In this document: piece by piece, positions 1 to 10,399 of the stretch
Numbering within the stretch: position 1 is the first letter of the stretch
How the letters are laid out: each line of letters opens with the position of its first letter
Source: Bdellovibrionia bacterium
GTDB lineage: Bacteria > Bdellovibrionota > UBA1018
Length of the DNA: 25,745 nt
Direction: 5' to 3'
Assembly: GCA_045805065.1 (NCBI GenBank)
Contig: JBJMMA010000105.1
Span: 1-25,745 of the forward strand
The notes under the pieces: generated by a model
What the model was told of the DNA's origin: nothing
Seen by the model: only the letters and a program-made list of their open reading frames with translations
The model's database searches: none
Program-made: the position numbers and the translations under genes

Positions 1-221
1 TTGGCGATGCGAGACAGCGATTCTCGGTCCGCTTTTATCTTGTCGCAATTCTCTTCCTGCTCTTTGACGTGGAAGCGATTTTCTTCTTTCCCTTCGCGGT
101 CGTTTACAAACACTATCTGAGCGTAAATTCGTTCATCATCATGGAAATGGTGTTCTTCGTCGCCATTCTCCTGGTGGGCTACTACTACGTGCTGAAAAAA
201 GGCGCGTTGGAGTGGGAATAA
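1..221 (+). CDS. nuoA: NADH-quinone oxidoreductase subunit A (5'-truncated by window edge)
   Basis: Not in the ORF track. Manual translation from base 3 gives [34 protein letters not shown]...[11 protein letters not shown], with the NuoA FDVE and KGALEW motifs. TAA at 219-221, immediately upstream of nuoB. Confidence 0.96.
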   Translation, partial: GDARQRFSVRFYLVAILFLLFDVEAIFFFPFAVVYKHYLSVNSFIIMEMVFFVAILLVGYYYVLKKGALEWE

Positions 222-264
222 GCTCTCGGTTTTTTCAGCTTTAAAATTCATCAGGAGTATTACC

Positions 265-825
265 ATGGGCAAAGACGGCTCAGTCAGTTTCCTTACCACT
301 CGATTGGAAGATTTCATTAACTGGGGTCGAAAGAATTCGACCTGGCCACTTCCGTTCGGCACCAGCTGCTGCGGCATTGAGATGATGGCAACGCTTGCTT
401 CGGACTACGATATGTCCCGCTTCGGCGCAGAAGCCATTCGCTTCTCTCCTCGCCAGGCGGACTTGCTCATCGTTGCAGGCATCATCAATCTCAAGATGGC
501 TCCAGTGCTGAAGACCGTCTATGACCAGATGGCCGAACCGAAGTTCGTCCTCTCCATGGGCGCTTGCGCTTCTTCGGGCGGCATCTTCAATGTCTACAGC
601 GTTCTTCAGGGCATCGACACGATGATCCCGGTCGACGTCTACATTCCAGGCTGCCCTCCTTCTCCAGAAGGTTTGATCCACGGCCTCATGCGCCTCCAGG
701 AAATGGTTCAAAAGGGCGAAACTCATTCTCAGCGCCGCATTGCCGCTCAAAGGAATGCAAGTGCGCAGATCAAGCATGATGTTGAGAGCATGACCAGGAC
801 CGGCGAAGCCGGTCCGAGAAAGTAA
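265..825 (+). CDS. nuoB: NADH-quinone oxidoreductase subunit B
   Basis: [22 protein letters not shown] and YIPGCPP motifs (N2 cluster ligands). AGGAG ribosome-binding site 7 nt upstream. Confidence 0.98.
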   Translation: MGKDGSVSFLTTRLEDFINWGRKNSTWPLPFGTSCCGIEMMATLASDYDMSRFGAEAIRFSPRQADLLIVAGIINLKMAPVLKTVYDQMAEPKFVLSMGACASSGGIFNVYSVLQGIDTMIPVDVYIPGCPPSPEGLIHGLMRLQEMVQKGETHSQRRIAAQRNASAQIKHDVESMTRTGEAGPRK

Positions 826-844
826 TGAGTGGAGCGTAAGAGTT

Positions 845-1420
845 ATGCAAAGCTTTGATATTCGTAATCCAATTCCAACCAATGGCGGAGATTGGCTTCA
901 GAAATGGGGCGATCTTTGGAAGACCCAAACCGCAGCCGTTCAAGAGAAGTTTGGTGATGCGATCGAAGAGATCCGCATGCCGACGGATTATCCAACGGAC
1001 GTGCCGATCATTTACGTGAAGAAAGAATCAGTGATTCCTCTTCTTAAGTTTTTGAAGACGGACGCAGCCTTTGCTTACGACTTTTTGGCTGACATCACGG
1101 CCACCGACGAAGAAGTCGATCCACGTTTTGAGGTGGTCTACAACCTTCGCTCCTTGAAGACGAAGGCTCGTATTCGCGTCAAGGCACGCGTGGCCGAGGG
1201 TGAGAAAATCGATACGGCAGTCGACGTTTGGGCAGGGGCCAACTGGGCTGAGCGCGAAGTGTTCGACATGTTCGGCATCGTATTCGCCGGTCACCCGGAT
1301 CTTCGCCGCATCCTGATGGATGTGCGCTGGGAAGGTCACCCGCTTCGCAAGGATTACCCTCTGCGCGGCTATCAGGTGTTTACTGAGCCTGAGCCAATTG
1401 ACCCAAGCCTCCTGGATTAA
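845..1420 (+). CDS. nuoC: NADH-quinone oxidoreductase subunit C
   Basis: [22 protein letters not shown] and GHPDLRRIL...[10 protein letters not shown] motifs. Confidence 0.97.
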   Translation: MQSFDIRNPIPTNGGDWLQKWGDLWKTQTAAVQEKFGDAIEEIRMPTDYPTDVPIIYVKKESVIPLLKFLKTDAAFAYDFLADITATDEEVDPRFEVVYNLRSLKTKARIRVKARVAEGEKIDTAVDVWAGANWAEREVFDMFGIVFAGHPDLRRILMDVRWEGHPLRKDYPLRGYQVFTEPEPIDPSLLD

Positions 1421-1465
1421 ATCGATTAAAAGCAGTACCCAAATTTATCAGGACGAAACAAGATT

Positions 1466-2716
1466 ATGGCACAATTTGAAACTCCAAAACCGACCCACAT
1501 GAGCTTGCCTAGCGGCATCACGGTCGACCACGATCCGGATGATCTGTGGGGCGATTCCCGCGTGATCGTCAACATCGGCCCGACCCACCCTGCGATGCAC
1601 GGTGCGCTTCGTATGGCTGCAAAGCTGAACGGTGAGACCATTGAAAAGTCTTACTGCGAGTTTGGCTACACCCATCGCGCCAAGGAAAAGCTCGCGGAAA
1701 ACCGCACGTACCACAATTTCACGGTCTATACCGACCGCTTGAACTACTGCTCGGCTCTCATGAACAACGTCGCTTACGCGATGTCCGTTGAGAAGCTCAT
1801 GGGCATTGAAGTTCCAGAGCGCTGCGTGTGGATCCGCATGATGGCATGCGAGCTTGCTCGCGTGATCGACCACCTGATTTGCGTCGGCATTAACGCCGTC
1901 GACTTGGGCGCGTTCTCATTCTTCCTTTACGGATTCCATCAACGCGAAGAAGCCTACACGCTCATCGAAAAGCTTTGCGGCGCACGTCTGACGACGTCCT
2001 ATACCCGCATCGGCGGCTTGATGGCGGATGCTCCCGATGGCTGGGAAAAGGAGCTCAAAGCCTGGGTTCAAAAGACCCGCAAAGTCATCGACGAAATGGA
2101 CGAACTGCTCACGAACAACAAGATCTGGCGCCAGCGTACCGAAGGCGTCTCGATCTTCACGAAAGAGCAATGCATGCAATACAGCTACACGGGTCCAAAT
2201 GCTCGTGCAGCAGGCATTGATGTCGACCTTCGTCGCGACCAGCCTTACCTCTATTACAAGGACGTCGAGTTTGATGTTCCTGTGGCTCAAACCGGCGACG
2301 TTTTTGATCGCTATATGATCCGTTTGGCTGAAATCCGCCAATCCTTGAACATCCTTGCTCAATGCGCAGACAAGATCAAAAAAGGTCCGATCTGGGCAGA
2401 AGACAAGCGCGTTCGCATTCCAGACAAAGACGTCGTCCACAACACGATGGAAGGCCTGATCCACCACTTCAAATTCTTCATGACCGGATTTGCAGTGCCA
2501 GAAGGTGAAGCCTACACGCAGGTTGAAGCATCCAACGGCGAAATGGGTTTCTACATCATCAGCAAGGGCGCTCCACGCGCTCACCGTTTGCGCATTCGCG
2601 GGCCATCCGTTTGGCACTATCAAGGCCTCTCGCCGATGGTTGTCGGTGAAAAGATCGCCGACATGGTCGCTGCGCTTGGAAGCATCAACATTATCGCCGG
2701 AGAATTGGATAGATAA
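1466..2716 (+). CDS. nuoD: NADH-quinone oxidoreductase subunit D
   Basis: NIGPTHPAMHGALR, GYTHRAKEK, DRLNY and C-terminal GELDR motifs. Confidence 0.98.
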   Translation: MAQFETPKPTHMSLPSGITVDHDPDDLWGDSRVIVNIGPTHPAMHGALRMAAKLNGETIEKSYCEFGYTHRAKEKLAENRTYHNFTVYTDRLNYCSALMNNVAYAMSVEKLMGIEVPERCVWIRMMACELARVIDHLICVGINAVDLGAFSFFLYGFHQREEAYTLIEKLCGARLTTSYTRIGGLMADAPDGWEKELKAWVQKTRKVIDEMDELLTNNKIWRQRTEGVSIFTKEQCMQYSYTGPNARAAGIDVDLRRDQPYLYYKDVEFDVPVAQTGDVFDRYMIRLAEIRQSLNILAQCADKIKKGPIWAEDKRVRIPDKDVVHNTMEGLIHHFKFFMTGFAVPEGEAYTQVEASNGEMGFYIISKGAPRAHRLRIRGPSVWHYQGLSPMVVGEKIADMVAALGSINIIAGELDR

Positions 2717-2718
2717 TT

Positions 2719-3195
2719 ATGGCAAAGAAGATTCTTTCACAGAAGTTTTACGATGAAATGAAGAAGCTTGAGCCGCGCTATCCTACGCGCGTCGCTCTTC
2801 TTCTTCCCGCGTTGCATGCGGCTCAGGATGAGACCGGCTGGCTTCCGCCAGAAGTTCTCGAAGAAATTGGCGCCTACATCGGAATTCACCCAGCACAGGT
2901 AAAGGAAGTCGCAAGCTTCTACACGATGTACAACCTCAAGCCAGTCGGCAAGTACCACCTCAAGGTTTGCACGAACGTGGCTTGCTGCCTGCGTGGCGCC
3001 GATGAGCTTGTTGAGCATTGCGAGAAGAAATTCAACATCAAGTGCGGCGAGACCACCAAGGATCGCAAGTTCACGTTGATGGAAGAAGAGTGCTTAGGTG
3101 CGTGCGGCACCGCACCTGCGATGATGCTCAATAACGATTATCACGAAAACCTTACGATTCAGCGCCTTGACCAGCTGCTGGACGCACTTGAGTAA
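2719..3195 (+). CDS. nuoE: NADH-quinone oxidoreductase subunit E
   Basis: VASFYTMY, CTNVAC and CLGAC ([2Fe-2S] N1a ligands). Confidence 0.97.
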   Translation: MAKKILSQKFYDEMKKLEPRYPTRVALLLPALHAAQDETGWLPPEVLEEIGAYIGIHPAQVKEVASFYTMYNLKPVGKYHLKVCTNVACCLRGADELVEHCEKKFNIKCGETTKDRKFTLMEEECLGACGTAPAMMLNNDYHENLTIQRLDQLLDALE

Positions 3196-3212
3196 GCCGG
3201 GAGTTCATTAAG

Positions 3213-4484
3213 ATGAGCGAAACCGAAACAACGATGTACATCCAGCATTTCAACGACGAGGCCCGTCCTCTGTCGTATTACCTCTCTAAGATGAACGGCT
3301 ATCAAGCTGCCAAGAAGGCTCTTGCCATGCAGCCAGACGCCATCATCAACGAGGTCAAGGCATCCAACCTTCGTGGCCGTGGGGGCGCAGGCTTTCCTAC
3401 CGGCATGAAGTGGGGCTTTATTCCAAAGCAATCGCAGAAGCCAAAGTACGTGGTCTGCAATGCCGACGAATCTGAGCCAGGCACCTTTAAAGACCGCGAT
3501 CTCATGCGCTACACGCCGCACCTTCTTTTGGAAGGAATGATCATCGCAGGTCATGCGATCGGCTCAAACGTCGGATACATCTATATTCGTGGTGAGTACA
3601 CGCGCGAAGCCAAGCTCCTGAACGCTGCAATCGATGAAGCCTATGAAAAAGGTTACCTCGGCAACAACGTCATGGGCACCGGATTCAAGTTCGACATCAC
3701 CGTTCATCGCGGTGCTGGCGCCTATATCTGCGGCGAAGAAACCGCGCTCTTGAACTCGCTTGAAGGAAAACGCGGCGAGCCTCGCGTGAAGCCACCGTTC
3801 CCAGCTATTGCTGGCGCGTTCGGCGGCCCAACGATCGTCAATAACGTTGAAACGCTTTGCGCAGTCCCTTTCATTGTCGAAAAGGGCGGTGAATGGTTCG
3901 CAAAGCTTGGCAAGCTCGAGAAGTCCGGCGGCACTCGCTTGATCAGCTTGTCGGGTCACGTGAAAAAGCCAGGCGTGTACGAGCTCCCATCGGGCGCAGT
4001 CACGCTTCGCCAGATCATCTATGATTATGGCCACGGTATCCTGGGCGATAAGAAGCTCAAGGCCGTCATTCCTGGCGGATCCTCTGCCCCAGTTCTCACG
4101 GCTGATGAGATTGACGTTGTTTATGACATCGATCCAATCATGAAGGTTGGCTCCATGATGGGCTCCGCTGCGATTATGGTCGTCAGCGAAGACTACGATA
4201 TCGTGAAGCTCATCTTGCGCATCACGAAATTCTACGCCCATGAATCCTGCGGTCAATGCACGCCATGCCGCGAAGGATGCAAGTGGATGGAAGACGTCAT
4301 CGAGCGCATCCTCCATGGCAAGGGCCGTGAGCAGGACATCGGTCTTTTGTTAGACATTGCGGACAACATCAACGGCAAGACGCTTTGCGCCCTTGGCGAT
4401 GCGGCTGCCGGACCCGTGATGAGCTTCGTGAAGAAGTTCCGCGGTGATTTTGAAGATTACATCCGAGGTAAGAAGCATGCCTAA
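3213..4484 (+). CDS. nuoF: NADH-quinone oxidoreductase subunit F
   Basis: LRGRGGAGFPTGMKW, NADESEPGTFKDR, GAGAYICGEETAL and ESCGQCTPCREG motifs. Confidence 0.98.
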   Translation: MSETETTMYIQHFNDEARPLSYYLSKMNGYQAAKKALAMQPDAIINEVKASNLRGRGGAGFPTGMKWGFIPKQSQKPKYVVCNADESEPGTFKDRDLMRYTPHLLLEGMIIAGHAIGSNVGYIYIRGEYTREAKLLNAAIDEAYEKGYLGNNVMGTGFKFDITVHRGAGAYICGEETALLNSLEGKRGEPRVKPPFPAIAGAFGGPTIVNNVETLCAVPFIVEKGGEWFAKLGKLEKSGGTRLISLSGHVKKPGVYELPSGAVTLRQIIYDYGHGILGDKKLKAVIPGGSSAPVLTADEIDVVYDIDPIMKVGSMMGSAAIMVVSEDYDIVKLILRITKFYAHESCGQCTPCREGCKWMEDVIERILHGKGREQDIGLLLDIADNINGKTLCALGDAAAGPVMSFVKKFRGDFEDYIRGKKHA

Positions 4485-5892
4485 GTGCACAATTGACGGA
4501 AGAGAAGTAGAATTTAGCCCGGGTCAGAACCTGATCGAAGTCGCCAAGAAGGCCGGCGTTGAGATCCCGTTCTTCTGCTACCACCCAGGCCTGTCCGTGG
4601 TTGCTCAGTGCCGTATGTGCGCTGTTGAAATCGAGAAGATGCCGAAACTTCAAACGGCATGCTCGACCGCAGCTACTGACGGAATGATTGTAAAGACCCG
4701 CTCTCAGCGCGCGGTCAATAACCAGAAGTCAGTGATGGAGTTCTTGCTCATCAACCACCCGCTCGATTGTCCGATCTGCGACAAGGCCGGTGAGTGCGAT
4801 CTTCAAGATCAATCCTACGGCTACGGCGACGCGTACTCTCGTTACACCGAAGAGCGCCGCACTTATGTCGACCTCGACATGGGTCCGGTGATCAAAAAGA
4901 ACATGAACCGCTGCATTCACTGCACGCGCTGTATTCGTTTCGGTGCTGAGATCGCGGGCATCCGTGAAATGGTTGCCGTTCAACGCGGTAACAACACGGA
5001 AATCACCACGATTGACGGTCGTCCACTGGAGACCGATTACGCCGGCAACTACGCCGACGTTTGCCCAACGGGTTCTTTGACCCTCAAGGATTTCCGCTTC
5101 CGTAAGCGCGTTTGGTATCTAAAGAAGACCCCAACCGTTTGCGAAGGCTGCTCCAAGGGCTGCAACATGGAGATGCACCAGGACAACAATGTGATCTACC
5201 GTTGCCTCCCTCGCGAGAACATGGAGATCAATAAGTACTGGCTCTGTGACGATGGTCGCTTCAACTACCATTACCTTCATGATCAAGCCCGCATCACGCA
5301 GCCTGCTGCGAACGCGAGCGGTGCATTGAACATGACCGAGTGGGGCTCTGCCATTGATGCCGCTAAGGCAGCTGTGGCTGGCAAGAAAGTTACCATTCTC
5401 GTTGGCTCTGATTTGACTCAAGAAGAAGGAAAGCTTCTTCAACAGTTCATTCCAACCCACTTCAAAGGCGCGTCTGTGTTCCACTACGGAACCCCAGGCA
5501 TCCGCACTTCGGCAGACGATGCGGACGAGGACAATATCCTCAAGCGCAAGAGCAAGACCTCAAACCTTCACGGGCTTGAGAAGCTCGGCTTTGAAGGCTT
5601 CGATAAGCTTCCTACCGGCACCGATGCAGTCATCGTGTTCCGCGGAGGCCGCGCGGTTCTTCCAGAAGGAATCGAGCGCGTGAAGACCCTGGTGGGCATT
5701 GGCGTGTTCAACAAGCCACAAGTCGAAAACTTCTGTGCAATTCTTCCAGGCGCTGCGTTCGCTGAGAAGGACGGCACGATCGTAAACTATGAAGGCCGCG
5801 AGCAACGCTTGAAGCGCGCCATCATCCCTGCAGGCAAGAGCAAGCTCTTGTCTGAGATCCTGATGATGTGGGCAAACCGCGGGACCGCGTAA
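4477..5892 (+). CDS. nuoG: NADH-quinone oxidoreductase subunit G (short form, 471 aa)
   Basis: CYHP...CRMC, HPLDCPICDKAGEC, CIHCTRC...CP and CEGCSKGC...WLCDDGR motifs. Start moved from 4444 to ATG 4477, which has GAGGT upstream and overlaps the nuoF stop by 8 nt. Confidence 0.95.
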   Translation: MPKCTIDGREVEFSPGQNLIEVAKKAGVEIPFFCYHPGLSVVAQCRMCAVEIEKMPKLQTACSTAATDGMIVKTRSQRAVNNQKSVMEFLLINHPLDCPICDKAGECDLQDQSYGYGDAYSRYTEERRTYVDLDMGPVIKKNMNRCIHCTRCIRFGAEIAGIREMVAVQRGNNTEITTIDGRPLETDYAGNYADVCPTGSLTLKDFRFRKRVWYLKKTPTVCEGCSKGCNMEMHQDNNVIYRCLPRENMEINKYWLCDDGRFNYHYLHDQARITQPAANASGALNMTEWGSAIDAAKAAVAGKKVTILVGSDLTQEEGKLLQQFIPTHFKGASVFHYGTPGIRTSADDADEDNILKRKSKTSNLHGLEKLGFEGFDKLPTGTDAVIVFRGGRAVLPEGIERVKTLVGIGVFNKPQVENFCAILPGAAFAEKDGTIVNYEGREQRLKRAIIPAGKSKLLSEILMMWANRGTA

Positions 5893-5907
5893 CGGAGAAA
5901 CGAGCTC

Positions 5908-7002
5908 ATGGATATTCAAATTGTAGCAACAGCAGTTAAGCTCGTATTGATGCTCGCAATCCTGATGCACATCGCTCCGGTGATGGCATGGGTTGAGCGT
6001 CGCGGCTCGGCTTGGATGCAAAACCGTACGGGCCCAAACCGTATTGGTCCATTCGGCCTCCTTCAGTCTCTTTGTGATGCGATCAAGTTCCTCTTTAAAG
6101 AAGACTTGGTTCCAGGTCACGTGGATCGCTTCTACTATCTGCTCGCTCCGATCGTCTCCCTCATTCCGTCATTCATGACGTTTGCGGTGATTCCGTTCGC
6201 AAGCCAGCTCCAGATTGGCGATCAGGTGATCAAGTTTCAGGTTGCTGACCTGAACGTCGGTGTCCTCTACATCTTGTCGATCGCATCGCTCGGTGTTTAC
6301 GGCATCATCATGGCAGGTTGGGCGTCGAACAATAAGTACGCCCTCTTGGGAAGTCTTCGTAGCTCCTCTCAAATGATCAGCTACGAGCTCTCCATGGGCC
6401 TCGCGCTTGTCGGCGTTTTGATGGTTTACTCCAGTGTTTCGCTGGGTGACATCGCAGCCGCTCAAGGCCAGGCACTCTGGCACATCGGATCACTTGAGAT
6501 TCCAAAGTGGGGTATCCTGGTTCAGCCAGTCGGCTTCCTGATCTTCCTCACGGCAGCGTTTGCTGAAACCAACCGCTTGCCATTCGACCTTCCAGAAGGC
6601 GAATCCGAAATCGTTGCAGGCTACCACCTGGAATACGGTTCGATGAAGTTTGCAGTCTTCATGATGGCTGAGTACGTGAACATGTTCACGGCATCCGGCC
6701 TCCTGGCGACCCTTTACTTCGGCGGCTGGCAAATGCTTCCAGGCATGCCATGGCTCCATGGGATTCTCGTCCACGCGCTTGATCTTTCGACCATGGGTTC
6801 GGAAGTTCTCCGTGTTGCGTTTGAGACCGGCTCCTTTGCAGCGAAGGTCGTCTTCTTTATGTGGTTCTTCGTATGGGTTCGTTGGACGCTTCCACGCTTC
6901 CGCTACGACCAGCTCATGGATCTGGGCTGGAGAATCATGCTTCCATTGTCACTCCTGAACGTTCTCGCGACGGGCGTGATGATTTACTTAGGATGGATGT
7001 GA
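5908..7002 (+). CDS. nuoH: NADH-quinone oxidoreductase subunit H
   Basis: ERR...QNRTGPNRIGPFGLLQ, AETNRLPFDLPEGESE and RFRYDQLM motifs; hydrophobic. Confidence 0.98.
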   Translation: MDIQIVATAVKLVLMLAILMHIAPVMAWVERRGSAWMQNRTGPNRIGPFGLLQSLCDAIKFLFKEDLVPGHVDRFYYLLAPIVSLIPSFMTFAVIPFASQLQIGDQVIKFQVADLNVGVLYILSIASLGVYGIIMAGWASNNKYALLGSLRSSSQMISYELSMGLALVGVLMVYSSVSLGDIAAAQGQALWHIGSLEIPKWGILVQPVGFLIFLTAAFAETNRLPFDLPEGESEIVAGYHLEYGSMKFAVFMMAEYVNMFTASGLLATLYFGGWQMLPGMPWLHGILVHALDLSTMGSEVLRVAFETGSFAAKVVFFMWFFVWVRWTLPRFRYDQLMDLGWRIMLPLSLLNVLATGVMIYLGWM

Positions 7003-7005
7003 TTT

Positions 7006-7449
7006 ATGCTGGTTAAAGGCCAAAAAAGTTTTATTTCAAAGTTCTATTGGGTGGAGATCGTCAAAGGTCTCTACATCACCATGAAGAACATGCTTTTCGG
7101 AAAGAATGTCACCATTCAGTATCCCGAAGAGCGCAGAAAGTACTCGGACCGCTACCGCGGCCAGCACTACATCAAGGCAACCAACGGCGTCGAAAACTGC
7201 ACCGCTTGCATGCTTTGCCCAACGGTCTGCCCTGCCGAATGTATTCACATTGAAGCAGGCGAGCGTCCGGACAAAGAAAAGTATCCTGTGAAGTTTGAGA
7301 TCGACCTCCTTCGCTGCTGCTTCTGCGGCATGTGCGAAGAAGCTTGTCCGAAGGACGCGATCAAGCTCAGCCAGATTTACGAAATGAGCACCTCGCATCG
7401 CGAAGTCTACGACAAGGCATTCTTGCTCGAGCAAAGAGGAAACAAGTAA
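7006..7449 (+). CDS. nuoI: NADH-quinone oxidoreductase subunit I
   Basis: TIQYPEE plus two CxxCxxCxxxCP motifs (CTACMLCPTVCP, CCFCGMCEEACP). Confidence 0.97.
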   Translation: MLVKGQKSFISKFYWVEIVKGLYITMKNMLFGKNVTIQYPEERRKYSDRYRGQHYIKATNGVENCTACMLCPTVCPAECIHIEAGERPDKEKYPVKFEIDLLRCCFCGMCEEACPKDAIKLSQIYEMSTSHREVYDKAFLLEQRGNK

Positions 7450-7450
7450 A

Positions 7451-8077
7451 ATGGCAATCAACCCTGTCTTCTTTTACGTCTTCGCGGCGTTGGCGATCGC
7501 TTGCTCTCTGCTCGTGATTTTAAAGAGAAACCCCGTCGCAAGCGCATTCAGCCTGATTCTGGTCTTCTTCTGCTTTGCAGGCATTTACGCTTTGATGGAC
7601 GCTCACCTGGTTGCGGCACTCCAGATCCTGGTTTACGCCGGCGCGATCATGGTTTTGTTCATCTTCGTGATCATGCTTCTCAACCAGGACGTACCATCGT
7701 TTGACCTGCCTCGCTCGCACATCGCTCTTAAGATCGGTGCAGCGATCGGCGCTTTGGCACTGTTTGGCGCGTTTGTCTGGAGCTTCCAGCACACGCCAGC
7801 CGCGACGCCAATCGGTGGTTTCTCTACGGATAAGATCGAAGCGGCCGGTGGCAACACCCGCGTTCTTTCTGAGCTCTTGTTCTCTGACTACATTCTGCCG
7901 TTTGAGCTGACTTCGGTTCTGCTTCTTTCGGCAATGGTTGGAGCCGTTGCGATTGCTAAGCGTAAGCTTGGCGCCGCTCTGCCAACCTCAGAGCAATACA
8001 AGCTCAGAGCAACGCCACAACCTGGCGGCCTCAAAGTCAATTTCCCATCTGAAACATCCTCAGAAGGTGCCCGATGA
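7451..8077 (+). CDS. nuoJ: NADH-quinone oxidoreductase subunit J
   Basis: NPVASA, QILVYAGAIMVLFIFVIMLL and PFELTSVLLL motifs. Confidence 0.97.
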   Translation: MAINPVFFYVFAALAIACSLLVILKRNPVASAFSLILVFFCFAGIYALMDAHLVAALQILVYAGAIMVLFIFVIMLLNQDVPSFDLPRSHIALKIGAAIGALALFGAFVWSFQHTPAATPIGGFSTDKIEAAGGNTRVLSELLFSDYILPFELTSVLLLSAMVGAVAIAKRKLGAALPTSEQYKLRATPQPGGLKVNFPSETSSEGAR

Positions 8078-8382
8078 ACCAAGTCGAACCCTGGATTGTT
8101 CTATCTTTTTGCTCCGCGATCTTTTTTATCGGCTTCGCGGGGCTTCTTGTTCGCCGAAACATCCTGATCATCCTGATGTGCATCGAACTCATGCTCAATG
8201 CCGTGAACCTCACCTTTGTGACGTTCTCCAAGCAGCTTGAGCATATGGGCGGTCAGATGTCGGTCTTTTTCATCATTACAGTTGCCGCAGCTGAAGGCGC
8301 GGTGGGACTGGGTCTCGTGATTTCGCTCTTCCGTACGCTTCGTACGGTGGACACCGACGATATCCGGCTCTTGAAGGAGTAA
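8074..8382 (+). CDS. nuoK: NADH-quinone oxidoreductase subunit K
   Basis: RRNILIILMCIELMLNAVN and VAAAEGAVGL motifs; ATGA overlap with nuoJ. Confidence 0.98.
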   Translation: MNQVEPWIVLSFCSAIFFIGFAGLLVRRNILIILMCIELMLNAVNLTFVTFSKQLEHMGGQMSVFFIITVAAAEGAVGLGLVISLFRTLRTVDTDDIRLLKE

Positions 8383-8386
8383 GACG

Positions 8387-10399
8387 ATGCTAGCGCTGAT
8401 TCCACTATTTCCTCTCGTCGGCTTTCTGATCAACGGCTCTTGGTACGCTTTTGTACAAACCAAGAAAGGCGCGCATAAGGCCGGCTCAACCGTTCCTGGC
8501 GTGATCGCAACGCTTGCGATCTTCGCCTCGTTCGTTGTCTCCGTCATGATGTTCCTTCAGCTTCGCGGAATGGAAGCCGAGCATCGCGTGATCGATCAAT
8601 TCCTCTTCCACTGGATGACGATTGGTCAATCGCTCAACATCGACTTTGCATTGAGACTCGACTCACTTTCGACGCTCTTCACGTTGGTGATCACGGGCGT
8701 TGGAACGCTGATTCATCTCTACTCGATCGGCTACATGAGCCATGATGAGTCGCCAACCAAGTTCTTCTCGTATTTGAACTTGTTCTGCTTTGCCATGTTG
8801 ATCCTGGTGACGGGCGCAAGCCTTCCAGTGATGTTCCTGGGTTGGGAAGGCGTGGGCCTCTGCTCCTACCTCTTGATCGGTTACTGGTACACCGACATGC
8901 TCAAGGCATCGGCCGGTAAGAAGGCATTCATCGTCAACCGCGTGGGTGACTTTGGATTCCTCCTCGGAATCTTCACGATCTTTGCGGTCTTTGGAACGCT
9001 CGACTTCACGGCCCTGAAAGCCGCAGTCGCCGCTGCTCCTCAAGCTCCAGCAGTCATTACGGCAATCTGCTTGTTTCTCTTTGTTGGATGCTGCGGTAAG
9101 TCCGCACAGATCCCGCTCTACATCTGGTTGCCAGACGCAATGGCCGGCCCAACGCCAGTTTCGGCACTCATTCACGCCGCAACCATGGTGACCTCGGGCA
9201 TTTATATGATCGCGCGTTTGAACTACCTCTATAGCCTGTCGCCGACCGCTCTTCATGTCGTGGCAGCGATCGGTTGCTTCACTGCTTTCTTTGCAGCAAC
9301 GATTGCGATCGTTCAAACGGACATCAAAAAAGTCCTGGCTTACTCCACCGTCTCCCAGCTCGGATACATGTTCCTGGGTTGCGGTGTCGGAGCTTATACG
9401 GCTGGTGTTTTCCACGTCATCACGCACGCGTTCTTTAAAGCCCTTCTCTTCTTGGGCGCAGGCAGCGTGATTCATGGAATGCACGAAGAGCAAAACATTC
9501 TGAACATGGGCGGCCTTCGCAAGAAGATGCCGGTCACGTTCGCAACGTTCCTCATCGGCTGGTTGGCAATCTCTGGAATTCCTCCTTTCTCAGGCTTCTT
9601 CTCGAAGGACGAAATCCTTTGGAGCGCTTTCAGCTCCGAGCATGGCTCGGTTGCTCTCTGGGGTCTGGGCCTTGTGACGGCAGTGATGACGGCGTTCTAT
9701 ATGACCCGTCTCTTCTCGCTCACCTTCCTGGGGGCACCTCGTTACAACGAAGCAGACATGGTCCAGCATCATGGACATGGTCATGCTCACGGCGCACATG
9801 CCGAAGACGAGCAAAGCCATGAGCCAGAAGAAGAGCATCATGCTCCAGCTGGAGTTCATGAGTCTCCAAGTGTGATGACGATTCCTCTGATCGTTCTTGC
9901 GATTCTGAGCGCAGTCGGCGGACTCTTGGGACTTCCACATGCAAGCTGGCTTGCACGCTGGCTTGAACCAGTGATTCCTGCTCACGAAGCCATTGCCGAA
10001 GGCATCAGCCCTTCGATGGAATGGGTCCTCATGGGCGCAAGCGTTCTGGGTGCCGTCGCCGGCATTTCCATCGCTTGGAATCTCTACAAGAATCTCAATC
10101 GCGCGGGCGAGCTTGCGAAGCGTTTCGCAGGCATCCACAAAACGCTTGAGAACAAGTGGTATGTCGATGAGTTGTTTGAAGCGATTTTCGTTCGCCCAAT
10201 CCAAGGCCTTTCTAAGGCACTTTGGAAGGGCTTTGACGTCGCTGTAATTGACCGGATCGTGCTCGGCTTTGGTCGCGCATCTACTTTCACTGGTCAGGCG
10301 GTTCGGGTCATTCAAACCGGATCGATTCAATTGTACGCGTTCATGCTGCTGGTCGGCATCGTAGTTACCGTGGGGTATCTCATTTATGGGTTGGCTTGA
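8387..10399 (+). CDS. nuoL: NADH-quinone oxidoreductase subunit L
   Basis: GWEGVGLCSYLLIG, KSAQIPL...WLPDAMAGPTPVSALIHAATMV and HAFFKALLFL motifs. Confidence 0.98.
   Translation: MLALIPLFPLVGFLINGSWYAFVQTKKGAHKAGSTVPGVIATLAIFASFVVSVMMFLQLRGMEAEHRVIDQFLFHWMTIGQSLNIDFALRLDSLSTLFTLVITGVGTLIHLYSIGYMSHDESPTKFFSYLNLFCFAMLILVTGASLPVMFLGWEGVGLCSYLLIGYWYTDMLKASAGKKAFIVNRVGDFGFLLGIFTIFAVFGTLDFTALKAAVAAAPQAPAVITAICLFLFVGCCGKSAQIPLYIWLPDAMAGPTPVSALIHAATMVTSGIYMIARLNYLYSLSPTALHVVAAIGCFTAFFAATIAIVQTDIKKVLAYSTVSQLGYMFLGCGVGAYTAGVFHVITHAFFKALLFLGAGSVIHGMHEEQNILNMGGLRKKMPVTFATFLIGWLAISGIPPFSGFFSKDEILWSAFSSEHGSVALWGLGLVTAVMTAFYMTRLFSLTFLGAPRYNEADMVQHHGHGHAHGAHAEDEQSHEPEEEHHAPAGVHESPSVMTIPLIVLAILSAVGGLLGLPHASWLARWLEPVIPAHEAIAEGISPSMEWVLMGASVLGAVAGISIAWNLYKNLNRAGELAKRFAGIHKTLENKWYVDELFEAIFVRPIQGLSKALWKGFDVAVIDRIVLGFGRASTFTGQAVRVIQTGSIQLYAFMLLVGIVVTVGYLIYGLA

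Noticed and set aside
4444..4476. ORF-track N-terminal extensions for nuoG (4444) and, likewise, the Gfo gene (21487)
   Set aside because: Downstream ATGs (4477, 21541) have ribosome-binding sites and coincide with the start of family similarity.
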